In this document: one piece after another, positions 39,281 to 52,500 of the stretch
How the letters are laid out: every line of letters starts with the position of its first letter
Position numbering within the stretch: the stretch's first letter is position 1
Origin: Phoronis australis
Taxonomy: Eukaryota > Animalia > Phoronida
NCBI GenBank assembly: GCA_002633005.1
Contig: NMRA01000368.1
Span: forward strand, 45,160 to 109,159
DNA length: 64,000 nucleotides
Direction: 5' to 3'
Position numbers and translations under genes: made by a program
The notes under the pieces: generated by a model
The model's input: only the letters and a program-made list of their open reading frames with translations
Database searches by the model: none
Told to the model about the DNA's origin: nothing

Positions 39281-40793
39281 CGTCTCTTCAACTTATGATT
39301 TAGAACATTTGCCACTATGAAACTGGCATCAAAATGTTAAAAAGGTGACAAGTAATATTTCTGGTTTTGCCAAGACTGACAGTCCATGTTCATTGTTACC
39401 TGTGACTATACAATGGTTGTGGTTAAGATAACATGTCCTGACACTGATGACTGCCAACTTGAAGAGTGTTGGGCTCAAGCAAAAGCCCTGAAATTAAGTC
39501 CAGTTTGACCGAGGAAAAAATTGAGGCTGACGTCGTGCATGACTTTGAGTGGTCAAAATCAAAAGGTTTTCATGTATGATGGAAAACGGGTTATAGCTAC
39601 TTCAATGTTTTGTGTGAGTGTCAAGGAGGCCACTAATCAGTTGAACATTGCTGTCAATGTTCGATTTTGTCCACTGTCTGAATCTAAAAGCAGGGTTCAG
39701 TAAATGGAGATATTGCTATTCGGAATTCCCAATCAGTTAAGATTGTTTACCTTACCCCGAGTTGGGAATTTCATTACCTAGCAATCAAAAATTGTCCAGA
39801 ATGAAGGATTTCTTCAAATGTCTGGATAGTGAGACAGTATTGATGCTATCTCATTGAATAATAGATGTAAAAATGCAACTAGTTTTTGAAGATTGAACAA
39901 TTGATTGTCAGAAAGTTGTCGAATTTTATGTCTTATTAGTAATGTATGTAAATGCTGGAAAAGTTTTGTTCTTCTGGTTGTACTCTAGTTAGCAGTGCTG
40001 TGATGGTGCGTGTAAGGGCAATGCCAACGGCATGGCTTGTCATTGACTCTCCATCCTAACATTCCTGACACTCAGTGGCTGATCAACTATCATATCCCTA
40101 GCTAATGGTACCTAATGAGTACATGCTGGGCTTGTTCCAATTTATGCCTGTTGGTTGATGACCCTTCAAATTGTTCTCTCCAGGCCTTTAGATAACACCA
40201 CCTGTTGTGATTGAGACAGTGATGGATAGTGGCCACACTTCTGGTGTGGGAGGTCTCCAGCACCACTGCACCATCTTGGCAAATGGGAAAATGGGAACCA
40301 GTCCATGAAAAAAATAGTTAACTGATATGGGATTATGCAACTTGTCTGATGGCATTGATGTCAATGGGTGTGCCTTGTAGATTGGTAAACCATTTGCTGG
40401 TGATGTTTCCTTGTTGCATTCCCAGCCAAAATCAGTTTCTCAGGGGTTGAAAGAGGGTGGACTGTATAACTGAGCACCAAATTGGATAAGTAAGGGAGGG
40501 TGCGTCCCCTTCCTTCAGGGGGTTTGGGAGCCTTCCCGAGTAAATGCTTGGAAATTAAAAATATGTATTTCTGTGACAGCATATTGTTTTGCTATTCTGA
40601 ACGCATGTGAGCAAGGGCGAGGTGTGCTCAATACTTAGTGGGATATTATCGGGGTAAGAATTTGTTTGCAAAGCATTGTTAAAGGGGTAAGAGAATTCAA
40701 TCTGGGCGCAAAGTCAACCACTGAAATTAAGTAAATATATAGACGCTGAGGTTGGCCAGTAGAGAAATGTATAAAATAAACACAGAAAAATCA

Positions 40794-40870
40794 GGAGCCC
40801 CAACTGGGAATCGAACCACAGGTCTCTAGGTTGCCAGTCTAGTGCTCTTACCATTGAGCTACTGAGGACC
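40794..40870 (-). pseudogene. tRNA pseudogene or SINE head (apparent anticodon GGC)
   Basis: Minus strand GGTCCTCAGTAGCTCAATGGTAAGAGCACTAGACTGGCAACCTAGAGACCTGTGGTTCGATTCCCAGTTGGGGCT. D arm and A/B boxes are good. The acceptor, anticodon and T stems have mismatches or bulges. Confidence 0.6.
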
Positions 40871-42482
40871 GGATATCTGTGTAATTACTGTTTAAAGCCA
40901 ACTGTATGTCATACATCCCGTGATCGGCGTTTTGCCTTTTTCACACGAGATTTGGACAATTATAGTATTATATAATTATATAACTGAAATTTAGAGAGAG
41001 TTCAGCTCCCTGTTAAAGCATCTAGCGGGTAAGCCTGGTGACTTATTGGAAACTTTCAAAGTCTTGCCAATTTTGAACTCTATACTAAATATGTGAATGT
41101 ATTTTTCCCCTTTTTTATAAATGATTAATAGTACTTATTATTGCTCGTCACTGTTTTCAAATTGCAGACATTACAGCTACCATGACACAATATTGGGAAA
41201 AATGTGTTCATTCAATGTCTTGAAAATTAAAAAAGGCAAGGTCCAAAAATTGTGCACATTCAACGTCTTGAAAATTGAAAAAAGGGTCAAAATTTCTGAG
41301 AAAAAAATGTAAAAAAATGTTACAGAGTTGATCACAAGACTTGAAGACTTATTGTTCTCAAGACTTAGGGGATTTTTCTCAGATTTTCCTTAAGGCACGT
41401 ATTCTTCACTCACTCAGATGTTATGGTGATATCAATCAATCCTGGTTCTGTCCCCAGTTTAATGCAACAGTGGTGTCTCCCTTGAGTGATCAAGCAAGAT
41501 CCAAACATGCACTCCCTGTGTCACAGGTTGGATATTATTGTTCTTACTGGGTGGTCTTTCTCCACACTTGTAGTGTATCTTACCAAAAGATAAGTAAGGA
41601 GCTTTCAAAGTTTGTTCCAAACTTTTGACAAGGAGGATAACATAGCATTATTTTGTTTTAAAGAACTGGAAGGGAACTGTTGTTTTTTGTAGAACTTTGC
41701 TTATAGGTCAAAACCGTATTTGTCCGCTTCAATTAAGACCAGGAACACTTTGAAATTGGTCTCAATCTGGTCCTTACTTGGATGATAAGTAATTTTTGAG
41801 TTTGGAAAGAACTGATAGTTCCTTATTTGTTGAGAACTGGCTTAGTGCTTAAAATGACATGACACCATGCACCCTCTTGTTGAGCAACAATAACCAACTC
41901 TGTTGTGATCTTTCCAAGCTTTGAAATCATCTCCAAGTTGACTAAGGAAAATGGTAACTAGGTCGAAATCAAAAGTTGATTTTTGTGATGGAGGGTGGTT
42001 TTATAGCCACTGAAAATGATTGTTGTACAATTACTACTGACTGGATGTGATACAGTTGGAGCTCAAAATTGGGCTATTAGGCACTCATAGGGGCCCCAGA
42101 TTTTGAGAACCAGTGTGATGCCCATTATTCAGCTAGGAAAACTGGTTGTCAAAGTGTGGGACCTTTGTAAGTGAATATGTCTGGCAGTTCGAGTGAGTGC
42201 GACTTCAACATTCCCACTCCCAATAGCTGGCAAAAATTCCACTCTGTCCACTGCTTCCATCACCCAGGTCAAAAGCGTTAGATGGTGGTATGGAGGATGC
42301 TGACCAACACTGGCAGGAACACATGTCTTGCTGGTGATCATTGCCTTTCGGTTTATTTTAACTAACAGCTTTGAAATCAATTTACTTGTTGAACCCTTGG
42401 TTTGATAGATCCTGACCACTGGCGAAATCAGTTTGTTTAACTTTGTGCTGTGGTATCTTGATCTAACATGTAGGGTACGGTA

Positions 42483-42552
42483 CATGGGGGGCACAGCACT
42501 GAAAGAAGTGGGGTCTATAACCCCTCCAGCCCCGTATAGTGTGCCGCCCATG
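42483..42552. mobile_element. 70-bp MITE, internal-deletion derivative of the 37650-37803 family
   Basis: Ends catggggggcac / gtgccgcccatg. Perfect TSD cggta/cggta. Shares gcactgaaa.aagtgggg..tata.ccc.ccagcccc.tatag. Confidence 0.75.
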
Positions 42553-42651
42553 CGGTAGTGGTTTGGTTAGTGCCTGTCATTCACTTTTAAATGCCCACGC
42601 TTGACTTAGCACCCACTCCCAATGTATATGATCATGAACTTCCTTGTAAGC

Positions 42652-42807
42652 CATAAGCAGATCCAGGGGGTCAAGGGGGTCTGGCCCCCCCTTCTCTCTT
42701 GGTTTGGCGTTATCAAATCTGGAATTTTCAAAATGTTGACTTGGACTCCTCTGTTTTAAAAAAATCCTTGATCCAATCCCATTTAAAAAATCCTAGATCT
42801 GCCCTTG
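42652..42807. mobile_element. Degraded MITE of the GGATCCAGG family
   Basis: Ends cataagcagatccagg / cctagatctgcccttg. TSD decayed (taagc/taaat). Confidence 0.5.
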
Positions 42808-43306
42808 TAAATGCCGGTGTGTTTGTGAATGCCGGGCTCGCAAAGAATGTTACCTTTTGGCAAGCAACCATCAGTTTTTCTGGGCAACTTCCGTATTCTA
42901 ACTAGATGGGTTTCAGATACCGTTTACGGAGAGAGATGTGAAATAGTTGGTTTTGCTCATGCGCATTCTAATTTCATTGAACTTGTGCATGAAAAATTGT
43001 GGAAGCATTTGCGTAAGTGAATCGACATTTTGAGAAAACACCCATCTCAAAAGTGTCGTTCTTAAGCACCAATACTTGGCTTAATGCCTCCTCCTGATTT
43101 TTGAATTTCCTAGTTTTAGTGCCTTGGGCATTAACGAATAAGATTTTGAGAAACGTAAGAAGAATTAGAAGATTTACGACTCTTGCATTTTTTAATTCAT
43201 GAAATGAAGCCACGGGAAAATAGGCGTGCTGTGAGATACGAAACTAAAGATTTTTGTCCCACTTCACTTGACACAACGGTGCAAACTTGTTACTGCACAG
43301 CGACAA

Positions 43307-43624
43307 TCAGTCTGATGTCACGTTCAGACCTCTCACGTGGTTTTACACGTGCAGTGTTGTAGACTTTGTGCGAGGTTATGCAGCGACACGGTGATTTGTC
43401 GTGCTTCCTTTTCTCAGTTGGCAGGCAACTGGACTAACTATAATTCATGTTGCTATTGGACAATTCTGTTGGTTGTGTTGTCGTGGGATTGCACATTGTG
43501 GTTGATTTTTAAAGCGGCTATTGAACCGCGTTACAGGAAGCCTTCTGATTTAAACCGCTTCGTTCCTTCAGTAACATCCAGTTTAACTAACTTAAAGAAA
43601 TAAATCAAGACGAATTTCACAATG
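43307..43624 (+). other. Candidate alternative first exon ending in an initiator ATG
   Basis: CpG-rich island in a depleted background. Inr-like TCAGTC at 43307. cacaATG|gtaagt has A at -3 and a perfect intronic donor consensus. Confidence 0.45.
43319..43351. promoter_or_regulatory. Tandem E-box cluster (CACGTT, CACGTG-6nt-CACGTG)
   Basis: E-boxes at 43319-24, 43334-39 and 43346-51. Confidence 0.45.
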
Positions 43625-46129
43625 GTAAGTGGTCTAATTATGAAGTTGTTTTTTGTAATGGAAGGAGGATTTATGCTCTGCCTTAAATTTTTTTGTTATT
43701 TAAGCCATCGCCAAAAATTGATCTCTTTACACATTCTTTCAATTCTATATGTATTTATTAGCGTGACATCGTCTGAACCGTATTCCAGCCAGTAGTACCT
43801 TTCATATTCCTTCTGTGACCATTCATCTTGAAAATATTCCCATAGCGTTGTTTTTTTGTATGTAGCCTTTATAGTGGCTGCCAAATTCTCACAGCCGATT
43901 TGAGTTGAGTTAGCTATGTGTTTATGTTGTTATGGTGCCCAACTGTGCTCAGACCATAGAAAAAATATGCCAAAGATCCCAGACGTCCTGTGTAGTCATA
44001 ATGTCTTGTAAATGAGTGCTTGCACTGTTTTAGTTAGAAATTATATCAAAATTTCAAACCAATTGATAAACAGGCTGTAATTTTCCACTGCTGTTCTCAA
44101 TTTTGATGATAAAACTTTCTCGTGAAAATCTGTTGTTGCTTCCAAATGTTAAGCAGTGCTTTCATTAAAATAGACTATACCATGCTTTGTTCTCATGAAG
44201 TCATCTTTTGTCAGTGATTACATGGGGGTGAAGGGGTACAAAACCTATCTGGGCCAGGATCATTGAAATTCCAAACCCACTGGATTATGTAGGTCCAATT
44301 CAAGCTAAGAATTAAGGGGGGGGGGGGGTGGCATATGGCCCCTACCCTGTAGCTCCCTGTTTTGAAAGAATCTCATACATTTATTTGGGAAACTGCAGCC
44401 CTGAATGTTAATATAATATTTTGACTGAAATTAGTGAATTACATTCAGAGCAATGATTTAACTAGTGCAAGTACTTTACATTGATTCTCAGGAGGCACAG
44501 GAATGGTGGTTTGAGAAGGCACATATGCTTGCATCATCACCAGTATTGGATTGGATGCATGTAATATATGAGCTGTGTGGGTTCTTTGGTGTTCTGGCTG
44601 GAGTGTAAATTTGAGTGAAATCAGGGGTCATCTGTTGAAAGCTGACCTCAGTGAGTGTCTGCCTTGTCAGGTGTGGTTGGCAGTAGGTCAGAAAGATTCC
44701 CCTTGACTGAATCTTACACTTGTCCCTGCCATTAATGATGTCTGTGGTGTTGAAGACCAGCTAACCTGGCTGGTGTTTGTGGTCCACCTGTTGAACTTTG
44801 ACCCATTTATTGATGTAAATTATGATGGATGATTCCCTTGTCAGACACTGGAGAGGACATCCCAGCTACAGTGCAAGACAAAAGTAATCAGACAAAATAC
44901 TTCAGGATACTTAATTTCTTATACAACAAACTTTCTGGAAAAGACTATTATGATGAGGAAATTATGGAAATAATGGAATGGTTTAGCCATCTTACAACTT
45001 TCCTGTTGATTTGCCTTCATTCTCAGTTATGAGGTTAAGCCACTCTGCAGACTTCAGCCCAGCCGGCAAGTCAGGGAATTCTGGGTCTTTGTGTCTGAAT
45101 ACTTTCGTATTGTACTGTAGTTGGCAGTGGGCTTTGATGTGTTAAGTCATTTTAACTGAATAAAATTTACAAGTCCTTTCAAGGAACATGTTTTTTGACA
45201 AAAGTTATATTGACCACTACCTAATAGTTATTGAAATAAAAATGAAGCCGTTTTCTAAGGAGAAAAAAGCTGTGAAGTCCATTCCAACCTCAATGTGATC
45301 GTAGAATATTAGAAGGATTAGTTTTCTTTATTTCGCAACTTGATTTTTTGTGGCTGTAAAATTAAACCAAAACACACAAGAATTGCTGTTGTGTGAAAGG
45401 GGATGTCCCAAAGTAATAATCAAGTTACCAAAACATTGCTCAGTTTACCTTCAAGCAATTATTCAGCTATTTCGGACAAGAACAGTTACAAGTAATGCCA
45501 TTTTTTACTCATAAAATGCTAACTGCAGAGCTCTATAAATTATCATAACTTTACCAAGGTTGCTTTGTGGCTGCAGCTCAATACAAACTACTATAGCTTA
45601 CAAATTTTGCATGTTATCTTCTGTGAGAAAGATGGTCATGAAAAAGTTCTTGTTTCCCCTATATTTTAAGATGGTTAGGTGAAGACCTGTGTATACAATT
45701 TGGGTGACCAGTGGAAAATTTTCAATGTTGTCTAACGTATGCACGCACTTGTGCACTGCACCAATACTTTGACGAGTGCATTTATGTGTAAGAACCACTC
45801 CTATCTCAGCAGCTCAATGGGAAATAGCTCAGATGTCATGATCGAAAGTTTTGGTGCATTTTAGCTCATTTTTTCACTTTTTATATCAGCTCTGAAACAG
45901 CACTGATCAATGCCAAATAGCCACTTCAAGTTTTACTTCAATGCCTCTCTGATTCTATACAAGGCTGCGTGTCAATATGGCACTTGCTGCCCAGTTGCTA
46001 ATCACTAGTTTACATCAAAGCACGATCGTCATATCTTCATTCTGATGCCAATATCTGCTGTGTAGTGAGTTAAAACAATGCCCAACAGCTTGTTGGAGAA
46101 TAGTGCACGAAGCATTGTATCCGAAAGTT

Positions 46130-46200
46130 TCATTTGAAACCGATCAGCCATTTCTGAGATATGATGTTCAGAATTTTGCCAAATTTGGAATTTTTCTAGA
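46130..46200 (+). repeat. Dispersed repeat fragment (cagccatttctgagat family, probably Kolobok-derived)
   Basis: Similar copies at about 24510-24575 and 32750-32815, and a reverse-complement copy at about 51855-51935 preceded by ttaa|gg at about 51818. Confidence 0.5.
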
Positions 46201-47782
46201 TTCCTACAAAATCCTAATAGTCTCGTATTGATATTTCTAACCAAATTAAGTCGCAAACTCTATTTACCTTGGAGTAGCTGAAGTGTCATGTTAGACTATC
46301 ATGTTTGCATTGTCAAACCTTGCTGATTAGCTGACAACTAATTTCCAAGAACACATCACGTATTAATGAAATCTTCTCTCTGTGGTAAGACAGTGCTGTT
46401 CTATTGATTAGCTCTAATTCCTATAGTTGTCAGCACAGTAATTCTATGTTTAAAGACTGGCACTGCAGACAGAAGAGCCGACTGTTATAGGGCAAAGGAA
46501 CAGCTAGAATTTTTTCTGCTTAAATGTTTTGAGGAGAAGCCTGGTTGCAAATATCTGTTAAAATGAAACGAAGTACTGATTTTAAGAGTTTGAGCGTGAC
46601 TGTACGACATATTTGAAGAAAAAAATGCCAGCTTTTGAATTATTGTTGTCTCGGTACTTTAGGGCACATTGCGGTGGATATGTGAACATTTATATTCATG
46701 TTTTTTCACAATAGCCTATGGTTTCTCCAAATCAATGCTTCACCAGTTCTACATGTTATTCCTTAGTTTGCCACAAAGAAGTTCTGGAGCAGTTAATGTC
46801 ATTCATAACAACATTAGTTTTTTCCGGATTTTCCCTCATATAAAGTGACGACGGGGAACAAAGCTGAGCGTCTGCTCCACGCCCGTTTGAATAATACGAG
46901 TGAATGTTGATTTCCCACTCATATTGTGCATTTTCTACTCGTTTATGTGAGTATTTACTTGATTATGTTGCCGGTATATACGATCATGTACATGGTTATG
47001 TTGCTGGTATATACGAGCGTGTACTCGGATGTTGAGCCATGGGAAGGTCCGACAACAAGGTTTTTGAGAACTGACTTCTTTAAGCAGGCCACAAAATTGG
47101 TCTTTGCGTTTATACACAGGAAGCATCATGGCTGTTCTCAGACAGTGGCTTCCTGTTGAAACACTAGGGGGAGTTATATTGGTATATAGTCTTTAGTGTT
47201 CAAGAAAAAAATTTTGCATTGGGACACAGATTTATCGGGATTCTGAGTTATACCAAATTTTGCTATACTAAAACTTGGAAACATTATTCATAACATGTGG
47301 TTCGATGATTCAATCAAAGTTACGAGCAATCATCTGTATCCTAAAACTACTAGTGCTGGTGTAGAGGTTGTACTGCACTGACTGTAGTGTCAGAGCCTGC
47401 CAATAGGGGCGACATAACTTTGCGTCATTCATGAATTCATAGGGGACTTGATTGTCCGTTTGGAGAACTAATTGTGGGTTTTATTGTGCAAAGAAAATAT
47501 TTCAGGGATTTCAGATTACATGGGAACAGCTGTATCTTCATACTAACCTATAGCAATGCACTTTAAGATCCACTGAAATCAATTTGTCTCAACTGACAAC
47601 TACTAATCTCAATTGACACCATTTGAGTCTTCTGAATATGTGGCTTGCCCTCAATTGACTGATAGGGACTGGGTTAAACCCTGAGACATTGGTCCTAATT
47701 GGAATGTAAGGTGGTCAAGTGGTCTTGTGGTTATCAGGGCAAAGTTTTGAGATGTAATGATAAAACACTTTCATGCTAACAT

Positions 47783-48657
47783 TGGCCATCTATGAGTTGC
47801 GGTCATTATGAAAGGTTAACTTCGGTCCTCTATCGAAATTAACAACACCAGTTAACATGTCGGTTTAACGGTGTAGCTTTGGCCTGCTATGAGCGGTCAA
47901 CTTCGGTCAAATCAAAGTTATCAGCTGGGGCCATTGGTGTCGCAACTACTTCAATGGCAACAGCGTTCACTTTGATGTCATTAACTACTGAAGCCTATTT
48001 GACTGGTTCAACACTTTTCTCATACCAAAGTACATTATCTCACCGAGTTTAAACATTGTGTGGAGGACAAGCAAAATTTATTTTCTCTCTTTGTCTTAAG
48101 TAGCTGTGCTATTCTTAAAGGTCCTGTTTCCTTGACGGTATACTTTGATAAGGCCCTTTCATATTGACTTTGGTCTGAGTGAAGCGCTGACGTAAACAGT
48201 GCAGTTAACTGGACCGTTCATACGGTACTGGCTTCGGTAGTTAATGACCATCGAAGTAAAGTGTTGGTGACGCTGACGTCATCGAAGTTATCGCAAGGTA
48301 GCGCTGCATGCTAAGATTTTTTTCAATGTGACAATTTGGAACATTTATATGTGCTAAATGACATTAAACTCATTTTTAAATCGATTGGTTATCATTAAAG
48401 CAAAAAATAAGTAGTTATTAGTGACGGCACTACTCTGTAACTTTTGACGATAACAGTGGCACCTGGCGATAACTTCGATTGGACCGAAGTTAAGCGTTCA
48501 TACTGCACTGCAGCGTCGACGCTGCAGTCTTATATCCACCTATTAACTGCGATGTTAACTGGAGCTCTTAACTGCGATCCAGGACCGGAGTTAAGCGTTC
48601 ATACTGACCACAACTGGGCCAAACCATCGACGCGCCGACGTTAGTATTAACGGCCCT
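47783..48657. mobile_element. CpG-rich DNA transposon remnant with subterminal inverted repeats (Harbinger-like end)
   Basis: agttgcggtcattatgaaaggttaacttcggtcc is inverted to ggaccggagttaagcgttcatactgaccacaact. The motif ggaccg.agttaagcgttcatactg is repeated. It ends tagtattaacggccc. Confidence 0.55.
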
Positions 48658-49359
48658 ATAGAGTAAATGGGCATTCGCAGCAACGCTAGAAGCTGTTGAA
48701 AAATGAAAAAAGTATATTTTAAAATCTTTTTTTTTGTCCAACTCTGGTGAAATGATACTTTTGTCGTCATATTTCCTTGCGCTATCATATTTTCTATGAC
48801 AGACTTTTAAGTGTGTTACGGACCGGCTTGGTGTTTAGTGGTCTGAGGGACTAGGAAGGATTCAAGTTACACTACATTGTTTGGCGACATAAGTGCTGGC
48901 CTCCAAAGACTCCTTTGCCTCTTTAATCTGTAAGTTTCACTTTTCTCCAACTCTTTTGGTCAACTAAACTTCCTCTTTCCTTCATGTTCTCTTCCCAGGG
49001 TGAACTGAAAGTAACCTTCATCCCTAGCCAGTTTGCTAACTTTCAGTAAGGTTTGTTATTAAATGTCTATTTTGGCAGGACACAAATTACTCTAAGTAGC
49101 CAGTTAATAATAGGGCATAGATACTCAAGCATTGTTGTATTTGCCTGGAGCATTACATGGTTTCACATGAATTATGAGTCCTATTACAATTCCAGAGAAG
49201 GTTATGGGAACATTGAAATTATACTTGTCACAGAATATGGCTGCTGTAGTTCATTTTCCACTTTTCTTCAATTGCTGTATTACTTTTGGAAGAAGTAACT
49301 TTATAATGATGTCCATTTTTTCACCAGCCATCGTATTCATTTGGTTAGTTGATGACCAC

Positions 49360-49518
49360 CAGGGGCTGATCCAGGATTTTGAGTTGGGGGGACTGGGCAG
49401 AGTATCAGCCAGGATTTTGCCTGTCAGACATTCACATCTCCAAAGTGCCAAATGGAATATGGGAGAATTTTTTTTTGGGGGGGTGCATGGCCCTTGGCCC
49501 CCCTTAAATTTGCCACTG
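49360..49518. mobile_element. MITE with 5-bp TSD (hAT5-like)
   Basis: Ends caggggctgatccagg / ccttaaatttgccactg. Perfect TSD accac/accac. Confidence 0.72.
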
Positions 49519-52500
49519 ACCACAGCCTCTGTAGTGAAGAATGGCTATGCTCATTTGTAATAGATATATTTTGATAAAACATTAGCATTGATAAATGAAA
49601 TGAATAACCTATTGAGTTAGAATGGACTGGATTTCATAACTTGCTTGATCCTGTAAATCTACAGAAAAAATCGCAATCCAAGGTCTTTGCGGTAATTAGA
49701 ATCTACGAATCCCACATGCCACCTTAAATTGAAAACACCTTTTATAATCTAATAGCCTTGTTTTCCTACACTTTTTACTTCACGTCTGCTCTGCCATAAG
49801 GCTAGGTGATCCTCTTATTAAAATATTTTCATCTTGAACTGTCTATAGACAGCTGATTCACTTGGTAGAGTGGAGGGATTGACAAACAATTAGGGCGTAT
49901 TGTGGAAAAAAGTTGCAGAAGATTCAATTGCATTAAAAGGTTGCTTGTAAATAAACCTTGCGAGTTGCTAATAGCATTTCAAAGGCACCAGTTTTTGTGA
50001 AATAGGCTTACATGCAACCTAAAGGGAGATCAACTGTTTTTTATGTTAACTTTACTGAAATTATTACAGATCCTTGTTTATTTTTGGGACACAATTTTTC
50101 ATGTAAATTGCTAGTCCCCTGGCATGTATTTACTTTACATGCAACCATGGAAACTGACGTTGATGGCTCAGCAAAAAGCACACATTTTGGTTCTGCCTTC
50201 ACGTCCATTGAACAGACGCCAAACACCACCGACAAACGTTCCATCCACAGGGAGTTGAAGATGGTGTTTGCTCAATGGAAGTAAATGCAAAAAATTATTT
50301 GGGCATTTTGCTGGATTGTTTGCATCGCTCATTATTATTTTATGGATAGTACGTACAATAAACTTTCATCAAATTTGAACAAAAATAATGGTCAAAATTG
50401 TCAGGTTTTTCATTTTTCAGATGATCTCTGCCATGTTGCCAAAAAGCTTAAAAATTTCTTTGGCTGTTTGTTGATGACAGCCTTGCTACATAAAGTTTTC
50501 AAATAATCAAGTGAAGTTGTCTTCTTGTTCACTCTTTTTGAAAATTGTGATCAAATAAAATTTTACTATTCCTCCATATTGTATTTTAATTTTAAGAAAC
50601 TTTACCACACTGTGCATCATAAGGTACATGAATTGGGAGAAAATTCCTCTCCAAGATAACTGGGATTTGTACTTATAGTAAAGGCATGAAAAACAGTTGC
50701 TTTCCCTTTAGAATAGGAACACTCATGTGGCACTAATTAATGAGAAAAACAGTGGAATCAACTGCCATCAGTGAATTGAGCAACATTGTTTCCAGGCCTA
50801 CTTAAGAGGGACTTTGCTGATTTGGAATCAAGTTTATTGGGTTCAGAAGATTTGGCTTTAGTTAGTGGTTTGGTTTTGTGGCTCTTGGTTGTATGTGGTC
50901 AAAAAGCACTAACCAGTGGTTTGAACTGAAAACCTGAATGAGCCCAAAACTCTCACTATTATGCTCTGTTCATGGTTCAAGTTGATGTTTGGAATGTATA
51001 TGTGCAAAAAGACGCAATGGTGGAAACTTTTAAAACTGATTCTTAGTAGTGTTTTGGAGCACAAAGTGCTTAAAGCATATAATATCTGAAAGTTTCTTCT
51101 GATCCCGAGATTGGAATTGATGATGATACAAAGTCAGCCACATTTAGAACATTTTTCTAGGGTCTTACATTAACTTAATGTTGATAATTCATATCATTCT
51201 TGGATTAAGAAGGATTACTGTACTAAAGTTGAAGACAGGCTGTCTGATTATCTTGATATGTTCACTGTTTGGTTGACCAGTGACCTCTCCTTTAGTGTCT
51301 GGTATAATGTCTCCTTGTTTGACCAATGCCCAGTCATCAGCTATTTAGCAAAGGGAATTCACTACTTGAACACTTTGGTGGTGCTGCAAAAATGGTTGTT
51401 GTGTATTAATGTTTAGGACACAATGCCTCCTTTTAGCATCAGTTTTAACAAGGCAAACCTGAAAGCACCCATGTTTCAAACATGCAGAACCATTGTAGTT
51501 AGAATTCAACACAAGCATAATGGCAAATTGGCACAGGTAGTGAATGGAACAAACCTGCTGGGATCCCATTAGGATCACCCATTCTTGCTACTCAATGATC
51601 TGTGTTAAATACCATGACTAAAGGAAAAAAGGAAATTATTCATGCCTAGTTAAGTTTAATTTAAACATTAACTGAACTTCAAAGGTGTTTAGGGGATCTT
51701 ATCCTTTCTTTTATCAGCAAGGACTGGTGAACAAAAGAGCTTGGCTCCTAAAGACACAAAGACCACAAAAGTTAGAATGTAAATTGGTTGAGCATGTTTT
51801 GTTGATTCTCTGTATGTTAAGGCCTAAAGACCCCTTTGTGTTTTAAGTAGGACCCTAGAAAAATGTCCAAATTTGGCTACCTTCAGGATGTTTTAGCTCA
51901 GAAATGGCTGGATTCGTATTGAACTTTCAGATACCGTGTGCTGTGCGCTGTTTTCCAAAATGCTACACGAGGAATTGTTTTTAAAATGATCAGTGAATCA
52001 AATTAAATGTTGCAATGTTATTGCCACGATTTTTTGGTGTGATTATGCCTTTCCGTTTTGGTAAACTTCACTATTGCGACATGGTCACGTGACTCAAGTG
52101 TTGCGTTTTGTAAACTACGTGGCTGAATAAGGCCGTACATAATACAGTATTATGGAAGAGCATTTTGTAGAAAAGAATATGAAATTTCTGATGCTTATTT
52201 CTGCAATACCACACTATTATTATAAAGGAGCTTGCTGTTACCCACTTTCTGGTGAAATTCTTGGTTGCTTATTTGAACTTCCTTTGCTCGTTGTTAAGGG
52301 CAAGAAAATTAAGTCTACAGGCCATTTATATTATGAGGTTATAGATAACGTAGATATTTGTAATAAAAGTGTTTATCTCATATATTTAAGACTTGCCATG
52401 TTTGCATTTTTTTCTGTCAGGTGTTTGTAAATCTTGGAATGCCTGTGTTTGTGTCTGTAGTTCTTTTAGCTGGTCTTTGTTTCTTTGTCTACCTTAAAAG

